Positions 26,375 to 35,276 of a stretch of 64,000 nucleotides of DNA are shown here, piece after piece (the first letter of the stretch is position 1; every line of letters begins with the position of its first letter). Position numbers and translations under genes: made by a program. This stretch comes from Candidatus Nanoarchaeia archaeon (GTDB taxonomy: Archaea > Nanobdellota > Nanobdellia > Pacearchaeales > GW2011-AR1). The stretch spans positions 18,717-82,716 of the forward strand of contig JBAQGX010000001.1 of assembly GCA_049288015.1 (NCBI GenBank). The letters run 5' to 3'. Below the pieces are notes generated by a model that did no database searches, was not told the origin of the DNA, and saw only the letters and a list, made by a program, of their open reading frames with translations.

Positions 26375-27244
26375 TCAATTTATTAAAGCCCCACTAAGAT
26401 TTTGCTGCGAGATTTCATTGATTACTTGCTTTATATAATTTGATTCTAAGGCAAATCCAAGATTTTCTCCGTTATCTATTTTGAAGTTATTTATCCCAAT
26501 AACTTGCCCATCTTGATTAATTAAAGGACCCCCAGAATTTCCGGGATTTAGAGAAGCGTCTGTTTGCAAGTATATATTTAACCCGTTTGAACCTGGCCTA
26601 TTTATACCAGAGATTATCCCCTCTGAGACTGAAAACTGCAATCCAAGAGGGTCTCCAATTGCTATCACCTTATCTCCAACTTGCACATTACTAGAATTCC
26701 CTAAAGTTAAAGCACTATAGTTTCCAGGAATTTTTAATAAAGCTATATCAAATATCTCATTATACCCAACAAGTTGGGCATTTATAGTTTGTTTATTGCT
26801 AGTTACTACTTGTATTTTAGAAGTTATTTTATTATCATCATCTGATAGTACATGGGCATTTGTAACAATGTATCCATCGGGGTTTATTATAAATCCCGTA
26901 CCTTGTCCTACTAAAGTTAATATGGTTACTACAGAGGGGTCTACTGATTGAATTATCCCTGAAAAATCATCTGTTGAACTTGCTTTGATCAAACTTATTT
27001 GCTGCTGGACTTGTTGTTGACTACTTATTGTGTTATTTTGAAGTTTCAATAAGTTTGAAGTTATAGAGTTGAGCTGGGACTGTGTGTTAACTTGTAATTC
27101 AGATATATTATTCTTTAAATTTGCGTAATTCTGTGTTTCTTGAATATATACTGAATACATCATGAAACCGAGTAAAATTATCATAACAATTACAAAGAAG
27201 CTAAAGCTTCCAATAAGAATTTTATGGTGCCTCTTTAGTGCCAT
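26375..27244 (-). CDS. Membrane-anchored trypsin-like serine protease (S1C/HtrA-like, no PDZ)
   Basis: 289 aa; N-terminal TM, coiled region, GTGFIINPDGYIVTNAHV (His), DIALLKI (Asp), GNSGGPLIN (Ser). Confidence 0.8.
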   Translation of the reverse strand: MALKRHHKILIGSFSFFVIVMIILLGFMMYSVYIQETQNYANLKNNISELQVNTQSQLNSITSNLLKLQNNTISSQQQVQQQISLIKASSTDDFSGIIQSVDPSVVTILTLVGQGTGFIINPDGYIVTNAHVLSDDDNKITSKIQVVTSNKQTINAQLVGYNEIFDIALLKIPGNYSALTLGNSSNVQVGDKVIAIGDPLGLQFSVSEGIISGINRPGSNGLNIYLQTDASLNPGNSGGPLINQDGQVIGINNFKIDNGENLGFALESNYIKQVINEISQQNLSGALIN

Positions 27245-27294
27245 TTTTTTATAACAAGAACAATCTATAAAAACTTAACCTTGCTTGAGGTTTT

Positions 27295-27366
27295 AGGCTT
27301 GTGGTGCAACGGATAGCACAACCGGCTTCGGACCGGTTAATCGGGGTTCGAATCCTCGCAGGCCTA
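27295..27366 (+). tRNA. tRNA-Arg (anticodon UCG)
   Basis: Acceptor AGGCTTG/CAGGCCT (one G-U), D-stem GTGC/GCAC, anticodon stem ACCGG/CCGGT, loop CTTCGGA, T-loop TTCGAAT. Confidence 0.8.
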
Positions 27367-28737
27367 TTATTTTAATTTTTTAACCAGTATTTCTCGGACT
27401 ATTTGATTATCTGCTCTTCCTTTGGATTCTTTCATTACCTGTCCGATTAAGAAGTTCAGGGCAGAGTTTTCTCCTTTTTTGTAATCTTCTATTGCTTTCT
27501 TGTTTTCCTTCATAACTTTTTCAATTAGACTTTCAATTTCTTTGATATTTGTTATCTTTTCATTTCCTTTAAACTCTTTTTCTGGTGAAAACGATTTAGG
27601 GATAAATTTATTGAGCATTTTTTTGGCTTGTTCTTCCGTAATTCTTCCTTTCTTCAACATATCTAAAAGTTCAATGAAATGTTCTGGTTTGATTTCAATG
27701 TTTGGAGAATCCAAAGAGGTTTTGTTATAATTCAAAACTCTTAATAACTCTACAGTTACCCAAGGGACGGCTAGTTTAGGTTCAACTTTATTTATTACTT
27801 TTTCAAAGAACTCAGCTATTTCAAGTTTTTTTGAAAGAATCTGAGCGTATTTTTCGGGTATATTATATTTCTTTATTAACTTCTGTAACTTTTCTTGAGG
27901 TGTTTCAGGGAGTGAGCTCTTTATTTTTTCTATTCTTGAATCATCAAGTATAATCATTGGTAAGTCTGGATCTGAGATGAATTTGTAATCTTGTTCTGCT
28001 TCTTTTTCACGCATTTTTTTTGTAATTCCTTTTGCTTCGTCAAACATTCTTGTTTCTTTTGTTTTTGGAACACCTTCTTTTTTTTGACGTGATTCTTCAT
28101 ACTCTATTGCAGATTTTATATTCTTAATACTATTGACATTTTTTATTTCAACTCTCTCGCCTTTTAGTTCTGGGAGTGAAACGTTTACGTCTGCTTTTAA
28201 TCCTGAATTTTTATCTATGGATTTTATGTAACCAAGAGTTATGATCAATTGTTTCAACCAATCGGATACTTCTTCTGATGATTTGAAATCAGGTTCTGTA
28301 ACTATCTCAATAAGAGGGCTTCCGGATTTATTATAATCAATTTCCCCTGTTTTTGGATTCCAAGCGGCGGGATCTTCTTCAAGGTGAACCTCTCTTATCC
28401 TGATTCCAAGAAATTTTCCATTAACTCCAACGGGTGAAGCGTGAGCTCCTGAAATTGTATTTTGATATCCCTTTGGTAAATCTGGCCAATCATAATGCTT
28501 CCTTTGCCAAACAAGTTCCTTATTTATTTTACATTCTAAAATTAATGCTGTTTGAATTGTCCTATTTATTGCTTCTTTATTAGGAAGCATGGGCTTTGAT
28601 CCAGGCTGAGCAGTGCAGATTGGGCAAATGTGAGTATTCGGTTTTGTAAGCTTTGCTCCATGAATAGATTTACATGTACAAAATAATTTTTCTTTTGTAT
28701 CTAAATAACCATGAATTTCCAATCCTATCATGACCAT
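27367..28737 (-). CDS. gatB: Asp-tRNA(Asn)/Glu-tRNA(Gln) amidotransferase subunit B (GatB)
   Basis: 456 aa; IGLEIHGYLDTKEKLFCTC N-terminus (GatB-type), C-terminal YqeY-like helical domain. Confidence 0.85.
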   Translation of the reverse strand: MVMIGLEIHGYLDTKEKLFCTCKSIHGAKLTKPNTHICPICTAQPGSKPMLPNKEAINRTIQTALILECKINKELVWQRKHYDWPDLPKGYQNTISGAHASPVGVNGKFLGIRIREVHLEEDPAAWNPKTGEIDYNKSGSPLIEIVTEPDFKSSEEVSDWLKQLIITLGYIKSIDKNSGLKADVNVSLPELKGERVEIKNVNSIKNIKSAIEYEESRQKKEGVPKTKETRMFDEAKGITKKMREKEAEQDYKFISDPDLPMIILDDSRIEKIKSSLPETPQEKLQKLIKKYNIPEKYAQILSKKLEIAEFFEKVINKVEPKLAVPWVTVELLRVLNYNKTSLDSPNIEIKPEHFIELLDMLKKGRITEEQAKKMLNKFIPKSFSPEKEFKGNEKITNIKEIESLIEKVMKENKKAIEDYKKGENSALNFLIGQVMKESKGRADNQIVREILVKKLK

Positions 28738-28808
28738 TTTAAACTTAAATTTAAAGAATTTATTAAGTTAATGGATAGTTTTTTATAGATTTTAATTTTA
28801 TACTCTTT

Positions 28809-30107
28809 ATGGAATCGAAAGCACAACCCGGAGATTATGTTGAAATTTCTTTAATGAAAAGTTCCTATGAAGGAACTATTCTTCAGACTCCTGAATCGGA
28901 GAAAGGAATTATTCTCTTAAAGCTAAAGTCAGGTTACAATTTTGGTATAAATCGTAAAGATATTGTTGAAATAAAAGTTCTTAAGAAATTTTCTCCTGAA
29001 GAAAAGAAAGAAGTTGAAATAAAGAAGGATAAGGAAAAGCCTAATGTTGCATTAATAATTACCGGAGGAACAATTGCTTCAAGACTAGATCCTCGAACAG
29101 GGGGTGTTGATCCTTTGATAAAACCAGCAGATTTCTTTAAATTTTATCCTGAAATTTTTGAAAAAGTTAATGTTCTAAAAGTTGAAATTCCTTTTACTAA
29201 AGCTTCAGAAGATATTGATTATAAAGATTGGCAAAAACTTGCGAAGATTGCTGGAGAACTTCTTAATGATGGAAGTATTCAAGGCATTATAATTGCTCAT
29301 GGAACTGATTTTTTACACTATACTTCTTCTGCACTATCTTTTTTTCTAAGGGATTTAAATAAACCTGTTGTGATGACTTATTCTCAAAGAAGTAGTGATA
29401 GGGCTAGCAGTGATGCAAGATTGAATTTACAGTGTGCAGCTATCGCAGCGATTTCCGACATCGCTGAGGTGATGATTGTTGGTCATGGTACAACAAATGA
29501 TGATTTTTGCTATGCAATGCCTGGGTCAAAGACCAGGAAAATGCATAGCTCAAGAAGGGACGCTTTTAAGGCAGTGAATGCAGAACCCTATGCAAAGATT
29601 TTTCCAGATAAAATAAACAAAATGTCTGATTATAATCTAAGGAATAAGAACAAGGTTAAAGTTGACTCCAAATTTGAGGAAAGAGTTGCTTTGGTTAAGG
29701 TCTGTCCAGGGCAGGATCCGGATATTTTAGACTATTACTTAAAAAACAAGTATAAAGGAATTGTCTTAGAAATGAGTGGATTAGGACATGTTCCGACATA
29801 TAGATCAAGGAAATCTTGGATAAGAAAACTTAAGGAAATTCAGGCAAAGGGGCTTATAATATGTGCTGCTGCTCAGACTATCTATGGAAGACTTGATCCT
29901 TATGTTTACTCGAACGGAAGAGAAATCCTTGAAACAGGAGTTATTTATCTTGAAGATATGCTTTCTGAAACTGCTCTGGTTAAGCTGGGCTGGGTTTTAG
30001 GGCATGATGAATGGGCTAAAAATAAGGATAAAATCAGGGAAAAAATGCTTGAAAATTTTGCCCATGAAATCAATAAAAGACTTGAATTTGAAGCTTTTGA
30101 AGGATGA
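28809..30107 (+). CDS. gatD: Glu-tRNA(Gln) amidotransferase subunit D (GatD)
   Basis: 432 aa; N-terminal GatD-specific domain then L-asparaginase-like domain (LIITGGTIASRLD, HGTD). Confidence 0.85.
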   Translation: MESKAQPGDYVEISLMKSSYEGTILQTPESEKGIILLKLKSGYNFGINRKDIVEIKVLKKFSPEEKKEVEIKKDKEKPNVALIITGGTIASRLDPRTGGVDPLIKPADFFKFYPEIFEKVNVLKVEIPFTKASEDIDYKDWQKLAKIAGELLNDGSIQGIIIAHGTDFLHYTSSALSFFLRDLNKPVVMTYSQRSSDRASSDARLNLQCAAIAAISDIAEVMIVGHGTTNDDFCYAMPGSKTRKMHSSRRDAFKAVNAEPYAKIFPDKINKMSDYNLRNKNKVKVDSKFEERVALVKVCPGQDPDILDYYLKNKYKGIVLEMSGLGHVPTYRSRKSWIRKLKEIQAKGLIICAAAQTIYGRLDPYVYSNGREILETGVIYLEDMLSETALVKLGWVLGHDEWAKNKDKIREKMLENFAHEINKRLEFEAFEG

Positions 30108-30169
30108 TGTTTTAACTACCTAGGAGTTACAATCATAAGATTTATAAGGATAAATGGAGAAGATCTTTT

Positions 30170-30574
30170 ATGCCTAATCCAAGATATTTAACGGAAAATG
30201 GACAACCTCAGGTTGAACTCTTGAAAAAGCTTAGCCTAGCCAAGAGAACATTCTATGAGAATCTACCTAGCTTTTGTCAACAAAATTATCTTAATCTAGA
30301 AGAATTAAAATCCATTGATGGTGTTTTTTTAATTGGTTCACATGCTACAAAAAATGAGTGGCATAATGATTCTAGCGATCTAGACCTTAAGTTGATTAAT
30401 TCCAGAGCTGTACCAGAAAATCTTTGGAGATATAAAAGAATAATTCTAGATCCTATTTTATGTGATCAGAGTAAAGAAAAGAGGTATTGGATAGATTTGT
30501 ATTTCGCACTAAAAAATTATCAGGTTACTTCCCCAAAATGGGATTTAACTAAATATTGGAATGAAGACATTTAA
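30170..30574 (+). CDS. Minimal nucleotidyltransferase (Pol-beta superfamily, MNT-like)
   Basis: 134 aa; FLIGSHATKNEWHNDSSDLDL = GS-x(9-13)-D-x-D NTase signature; overlaps downstream ORF by 14 nt. Confidence 0.6.
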   Translation: MPNPRYLTENGQPQVELLKKLSLAKRTFYENLPSFCQQNYLNLEELKSIDGVFLIGSHATKNEWHNDSSDLDLKLINSRAVPENLWRYKRIILDPILCDQSKEKRYWIDLYFALKNYQVTSPKWDLTKYWNEDI

Positions 30575-31385
30575 TCAATCAAAAGTTTTAATTGAAAGCT
30601 CTAGAAAGGGCTCTAATCCAGGGGGATTTTGTACATATACAGATGAAAGAAGAACATTTCCAGGTTATTTTAAATATTGTACTGGGGCTAGACTTCCTCA
30701 TTCTTCTTATCTAAAGCCGGAACATCAACCAATTTATGAAGCAGTAACTTTTGAACTAGCTAGGAGATTAGGCTTGAAGACCCCTAATTTTTTTGTTTTA
30801 TTAAACAACAAGGGAAATCTGATTTTTGATGAGTCAAATAAGTCTCTTTTAAATGGCCATTCCGGAAGATTTTGTTATTTTTTTTCTGAAAAAATTGATG
30901 AACCTCATAATGTTCAAGATTTAGATAAAATAGGAAATAAACTTGTTGGAGATGAAAAAGTTTATTTAGATAGCCTGGGAATTTCAGATGTAATAGGAAA
31001 AAGGCAGAACTATATGGTTCTTCCAAAAAATGGAGAATTTGAAGTTTCTTACATTGATCTTGGTTGTAGTTTTGTATATGCAACTGATGGAATTATTCGT
31101 TTACCTCACAGTTTAGAAAATTATCTAAGAAATGGTTCTCAAAAAAAAGATAAATGCAATCTTAAAAATAAGAGTATTATTGGTGCAGATAATAATTCAC
31201 TAGTTAATTTGGATGAACTTGTTTATCATTTTAATGGCTTAACTGTACCCTGCCTTAATCCCTTTTCAAGGGTTCCAATATCCAATCTAATTTCAAGCGA
31301 TGAAATAAACGAGATAGATCAATATCTTGTTCATGGACTATGCCAGAGTTTACATGAATATAAGGAAGAAGGATTGCTGGTTTAG
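30561..31385 (+). CDS. Hypothetical 274-aa protein co-transcribed with the MNT-like gene (possible kinase/ATP-grasp-like fold; unassigned)
   Basis: No confident motif; GISDVIGKRQNYMVLPKNGEFEVSYIDLG weakly recalls HipA/ATP-grasp nucleotide-binding segments; translational coupling with the upstream NTase. Confidence 0.5.
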   Translation: MKTFNQSKVLIESSRKGSNPGGFCTYTDERRTFPGYFKYCTGARLPHSSYLKPEHQPIYEAVTFELARRLGLKTPNFFVLLNNKGNLIFDESNKSLLNGHSGRFCYFFSEKIDEPHNVQDLDKIGNKLVGDEKVYLDSLGISDVIGKRQNYMVLPKNGEFEVSYIDLGCSFVYATDGIIRLPHSLENYLRNGSQKKDKCNLKNKSIIGADNNSLVNLDELVYHFNGLTVPCLNPFSRVPISNLISSDEINEIDQYLVHGLCQSLHEYKEEGLLV

Positions 31386-31423
31386 ACATTAAATTTAATA
31401 AATACTATTTCCCTTTATTTTTA

Positions 31424-32881
31424 ATGGATAGTGAAAAGGTAAATTATTCTGAATTGGGTCTTAAATGTGGGCTGGAAATTCACCAACAGCTAAACACTAA
31501 AAAACTATTTTGCGATTGTCCTTCTCTTTTAAGGAGCGAAGATCCAGATTTCTTTATTAGAAGAAAATTACATGCTGTTGCCGGAGAAAGTGGGGAAGTT
31601 GATGTAGCTGCGAAGTATCAGTCTTCTTTAAATAAAAATTTTGTTTATCAAGGTTATGAAGATACTACTTGTCTTGTTGAACTAGATGAATCTCCCCCTA
31701 GAGAAATTAATAAGGACGCTCTTAAAATTGCAGTTCAAGTTTCTTTATTATTAAATTGTAAAATAATTCCGATTACCCAAATAATGAGAAAAACAGTGAT
31801 TGATGGTAGTAACACTTCCGGATTTCAGAGGACGGTTTTAATCGCAGGAGACGGATATGTTGACACCGCTTCCGGTAGAATTGGAATTCAATCTATTTGC
31901 CTAGAAGAAGATTCTGCAAGGATAATATCGGAGAAGGACAATGAAGTTACTTACAGGCTTGATAGGCTAGGTATTCCTTTAATTGAGATTGCAACATTTC
32001 CGGATATTTCTAATCCTGAAGCTGCAAGAGAAGTTGCTCTTTATATTGGAAATGTTTTGAGAAGCTGTGATGTTAAAAGAGGTATAGGTACTATAAGGCA
32101 GGATGTTAATATGTCTCTTAGAAAATTAGGGGGAACGAGGATAGAAATTAAAGGTGTTCAAGAACCTTCTTTGATTGTAAAAACTATTAATTCTGAGATT
32201 GAAAGAGAGGTTAAAGAAAATAAAAAAGTTGAGCCTCAGGTTAGAAAAGCATTGCCTGATGGATCTACTGAATTTTTGAGACCTATGCCAGGAGCTTCTA
32301 GGATGTACCCTGAAACAGATTTACCCCTATTAAGAATAAGAAAGGAGTTTATAGATGAAGTAAAAAGAAGTCTTCCTAAACTGTCTTCTGAAATTGCAGG
32401 TGAGTTGAAGAAATATGGTTTGCATGAGGAACTAATAAAATTAATATTAAAAGGAAATAAAGTTGAAGAATTTAATGAACTTGTTCTTGTAAATAAGAAC
32501 CCTGAACTAGTTGCAAAAGTTCTAGTTCTTTACCCTAAAGAATTGGCTTCTAAAAATAATTTAAGTGAAGATAAAGTGAGTAAGATTTTGAATAAAGATA
32601 TTCTAGTAGAGATTTTGGAATCTGTTGCGAAAAAGAAGATTAATGAAAGGCAAGTAAAAGATGTTCTGGAGAGAATTGTAACTGGAATAGAATTTTCTGA
32701 GGCTGTCAAGTTTGAAGAACATGATTCTGATAAACTTGAAGAAAAGATTATTAATTTAATCAGAGAAAAACCAGGATTGTCTGGGAATGCTTATATGGGT
32801 TTGTTGATGAAAGAGTTCAAAAGAAGAATTGATGCTAAAACTCTGATGGAAATTATTTCAAAACATCTTAAAAAAGATTGA
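31424..32881 (+). CDS. gatE: Glu-tRNA(Gln) amidotransferase subunit E (GatE), short form
   Basis: 485 aa; LGLKCGLEIHQQLNTKKLFCDCPS (GatE-type GLEIHQQL), about 130 aa shorter than typical GatE. Confidence 0.8.
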   Translation: MDSEKVNYSELGLKCGLEIHQQLNTKKLFCDCPSLLRSEDPDFFIRRKLHAVAGESGEVDVAAKYQSSLNKNFVYQGYEDTTCLVELDESPPREINKDALKIAVQVSLLLNCKIIPITQIMRKTVIDGSNTSGFQRTVLIAGDGYVDTASGRIGIQSICLEEDSARIISEKDNEVTYRLDRLGIPLIEIATFPDISNPEAAREVALYIGNVLRSCDVKRGIGTIRQDVNMSLRKLGGTRIEIKGVQEPSLIVKTINSEIEREVKENKKVEPQVRKALPDGSTEFLRPMPGASRMYPETDLPLLRIRKEFIDEVKRSLPKLSSEIAGELKKYGLHEELIKLILKGNKVEEFNELVLVNKNPELVAKVLVLYPKELASKNNLSEDKVSKILNKDILVEILESVAKKKINERQVKDVLERIVTGIEFSEAVKFEEHDSDKLEEKIINLIREKPGLSGNAYMGLLMKEFKRRIDAKTLMEIISKHLKKD

Positions 32882-32933
32882 TATTCAAAAGAATTACCAT
32901 TAATTTTAAATATAACTTTCCTATCTGATTTTA

Positions 32934-34232
32934 ATGGATTTGGACAAGTTAAATAAGGAAATTGTTTCTATCTCAGATATTTTAGGTAAAAATGTAAGAG
33001 AAGTTTCGACTGTTGGCTGGGTTAATAGTACACGTGAATTGGGGAAGATAAAATTTCTTTTATTAAAAGATCAGACAGGGATTATTCAGATCACTGCTGT
33101 GAAAGGAAAAACAGACGATAAGATTTTTGATATGATTGATAAGATTGCTAGAGAATCTGTTATTTATATTAAAGGAGAAGCTAAGGATTCAAAACAGGCA
33201 CCTGGTGGACGAGAAATTATTCCTGAGAAAATAGAAGTTCTTAACTCTGCTGAAACTCTTCCAATAGATGTTTCTGAGTTTTCCAAGACTGATTTGCCAA
33301 AGAGACTGGATAACAGGTTCTTAGATTTGCACAGAGAAAAGATTCAGGCAATATTTAAGATACAAAGTGAAATTGCATTTAGGTTTAGAGAATTTTTTCA
33401 TAATAAAGGATTTTTTGAGGTTCAGTTACCCTCTATAATTTCTGCTGCAAGTGAAGGTGGAACAGAATTGTTTAAAGTTGAGTATTTTGAAAGGAAGGCC
33501 TATCTTGCGCAAAGCCCCCAATTATACAAACAGATGCTTGCATGTTCTCCTATGGCTAAAGTTTTTACAATAACTCCTGTTTGGAGGGCTGAAAAACACA
33601 ATACCATAAGACATCTTAATGAATCGAGACAGATGGATATTGAAGTGGCTTTTTCTGGGCAAAAAGAGGTGATGAAATATTTAGAAGATGTGGTTAAATA
33701 TGTCATAGAAAAGCTTCTTGAAAATTGTAAGAAGGAAATTCAAGTTTTGGAATTGAAGTTAAAAATTCCTAAAATAAAGTATCTAAGCTATGATGATACT
33801 GTAAAGCTTTTGAAAATGAAGGACGGTGAAGATCTTTCTCCAGATAACGAGAGAGATTTGGATAAAAATTTTCCAGATACAATTGTTTTTGTCCATTCTT
33901 GGCCCGCAAGTATAAAACCTTTTTACATTATGCCGAAGGATGGGAAGGTTGATTCAAAGTTGAGTGAAGGTTTTGATGCAATTTATAGGGGGCTGGAAAT
34001 TTCTTCAGGAGGGCAGAGAATTCATTTACCTGATTTATTGATAAAAAGGATAAAAGCAAAGGGTATGAATCCTAAAGATTTTTGGGGATATATTGACAGC
34101 TTTAGGTATGGAGCTCCTCCTCATGCTGGATGGAGTATTGGTTTAGAAAGGATTACGATGCTTATTACGGAACAGAAAAATATTAGAGAAGCTGTTTTAT
34201 TCCCACGAGATAGAGATAGATTGACTCCGTAA
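32934..34232 (+). CDS. aspS: Aspartyl-tRNA synthetase (archaeal type, likely non-discriminating)
   Basis: 432 aa; N-terminal OB anticodon-binding domain, class II core, C-terminal FPRDRDRLTP. Confidence 0.9.
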   Translation: MDLDKLNKEIVSISDILGKNVREVSTVGWVNSTRELGKIKFLLLKDQTGIIQITAVKGKTDDKIFDMIDKIARESVIYIKGEAKDSKQAPGGREIIPEKIEVLNSAETLPIDVSEFSKTDLPKRLDNRFLDLHREKIQAIFKIQSEIAFRFREFFHNKGFFEVQLPSIISAASEGGTELFKVEYFERKAYLAQSPQLYKQMLACSPMAKVFTITPVWRAEKHNTIRHLNESRQMDIEVAFSGQKEVMKYLEDVVKYVIEKLLENCKKEIQVLELKLKIPKIKYLSYDDTVKLLKMKDGEDLSPDNERDLDKNFPDTIVFVHSWPASIKPFYIMPKDGKVDSKLSEGFDAIYRGLEISSGGQRIHLPDLLIKRIKAKGMNPKDFWGYIDSFRYGAPPHAGWSIGLERITMLITEQKNIREAVLFPRDRDRLTP

Positions 34233-34310
34233 ATATTTATTGTTTTTTCATCAAAGAATAAATTTAAAAAGCCGAATAAATAGTAGCATTATCCTTAAAG
34301 GAGGATTAAA

Positions 34311-34448
34311 ATGAACAAAAACAAATATAAGGGCGACGAAGAAGAAGACGAGGATGAAGAAGAAAAGAAAGATGAAAATGAAGAAGATACAGATGAAGAC
34401 GAGGATGAAGAGGAAGAGTCCAGCGATGATGGGGATGACGGCTGGTAA
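34311..34448 (+). CDS. 45-aa hyper-acidic microprotein (MNKNKYKGDEEEDEDEEEKKDENEEDTDEDEDEEEESSDDGDDGW)
   Basis: Not in ORF track (short); preceded by AAAGGAGGATTAAA-ATG (strong SD, 7-nt spacing); about 70% D/E, C-terminal DDGW; locally elevated GC. Confidence 0.4.
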   Translation: MNKNKYKGDEEEDEDEEEKKDENEEDTDEDEDEEEESSDDGDDGW

Positions 34449-34551
34449 ATTCTTTTTTCATTAAAGTTTTTATTTGGAATTATATTTTTACGGTGGGGTT
34501 TTATTTTTTATTACAATTAATTTTAAATAGGAGTTATTTTTTCTGACATCT

Positions 34552-34971
34552 ATGGAGACTATGGAAGTAAAATTGAGACATTGGCGTGATCTCACAGATG
34601 AGGAAGTTAATGCAATTCATAATCCGAGAGATATCCCTATTATTTCTATAATTGGAGGTCTTTCCCATGATGAAAGGAAAGTGATTTATGACCAAATTAA
34701 GATAAGAAGAAAGTATTTCAAAGATTTTATGGATAGACAAGGTGTTTGGTTAGATGATCATAAATGGTATATTGGAGAGGATTTGGAAAGAAATCATAGG
34801 TGTGAAGATCCAAATGATATACTTACTAATGAAGTAATCGCAGGAGATGGCGAGAATGTAAGGTTTAGAATTTATTATGCAGTAAAATGTACCCAAAGAA
34901 TAGAAGGTCCTCCTTACTCTCCTGAATTGTCAGATTTCTTGAATGAAGTTTATGAAACAGTAGAGTATTAG
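34552..34971 (+). CDS. Hypothetical protein (139 aa), no recognisable domain
   Basis: Stop-free ORF in AT-rich context; Trp/His/Asp-rich; ends ...YETVEY; directly follows the acidic microprotein. Confidence 0.5.
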   Translation: METMEVKLRHWRDLTDEEVNAIHNPRDIPIISIIGGLSHDERKVIYDQIKIRRKYFKDFMDRQGVWLDDHKWYIGEDLERNHRCEDPNDILTNEVIAGDGENVRFRIYYAVKCTQRIEGPPYSPELSDFLNEVYETVEY

Positions 34972-35012
34972 TTTTTAATTAATCTTATAAACTTATTATT
35001 TTTAGGATAAAT

Positions 35013-35276
35013 ATGGGAGATTTTCTTTACCATAAACTTTCGGATGATGATATAGAAAGAGTGAAAAAAGAAGCGAAGAATATGCTTGAATCTTTTTCTG
35101 AGAAAATGTCTAAGTTAAAAGTCGCAGAAGAAGAGCCCTCAATAAAAAGAGATAGTTTTGAAAGAGAAGAAAAGAATGGCGAAGAGTGTGATGAATCTTT
35201 TAAGAAAATAATGTTTGAAAATGCACCAAATAAATCTAGAGATTTTATAATTGCGGAAACAAAGAGATGGGAATGA
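35013..35276 (+). CDS. gatC: Asp/Glu-tRNA amidotransferase subunit C (GatC)
   Basis: 87 aa; GatC-like pattern (DDDIERVKKEA helix, EEPS, FENAPNKSRDFIIAETK C-terminus); overlaps gatA start by 10 nt. Confidence 0.6.
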   Translation: MGDFLYHKLSDDDIERVKKEAKNMLESFSEKMSKLKVAEEEPSIKRDSFEREEKNGEECDESFKKIMFENAPNKSRDFIIAETKRWE

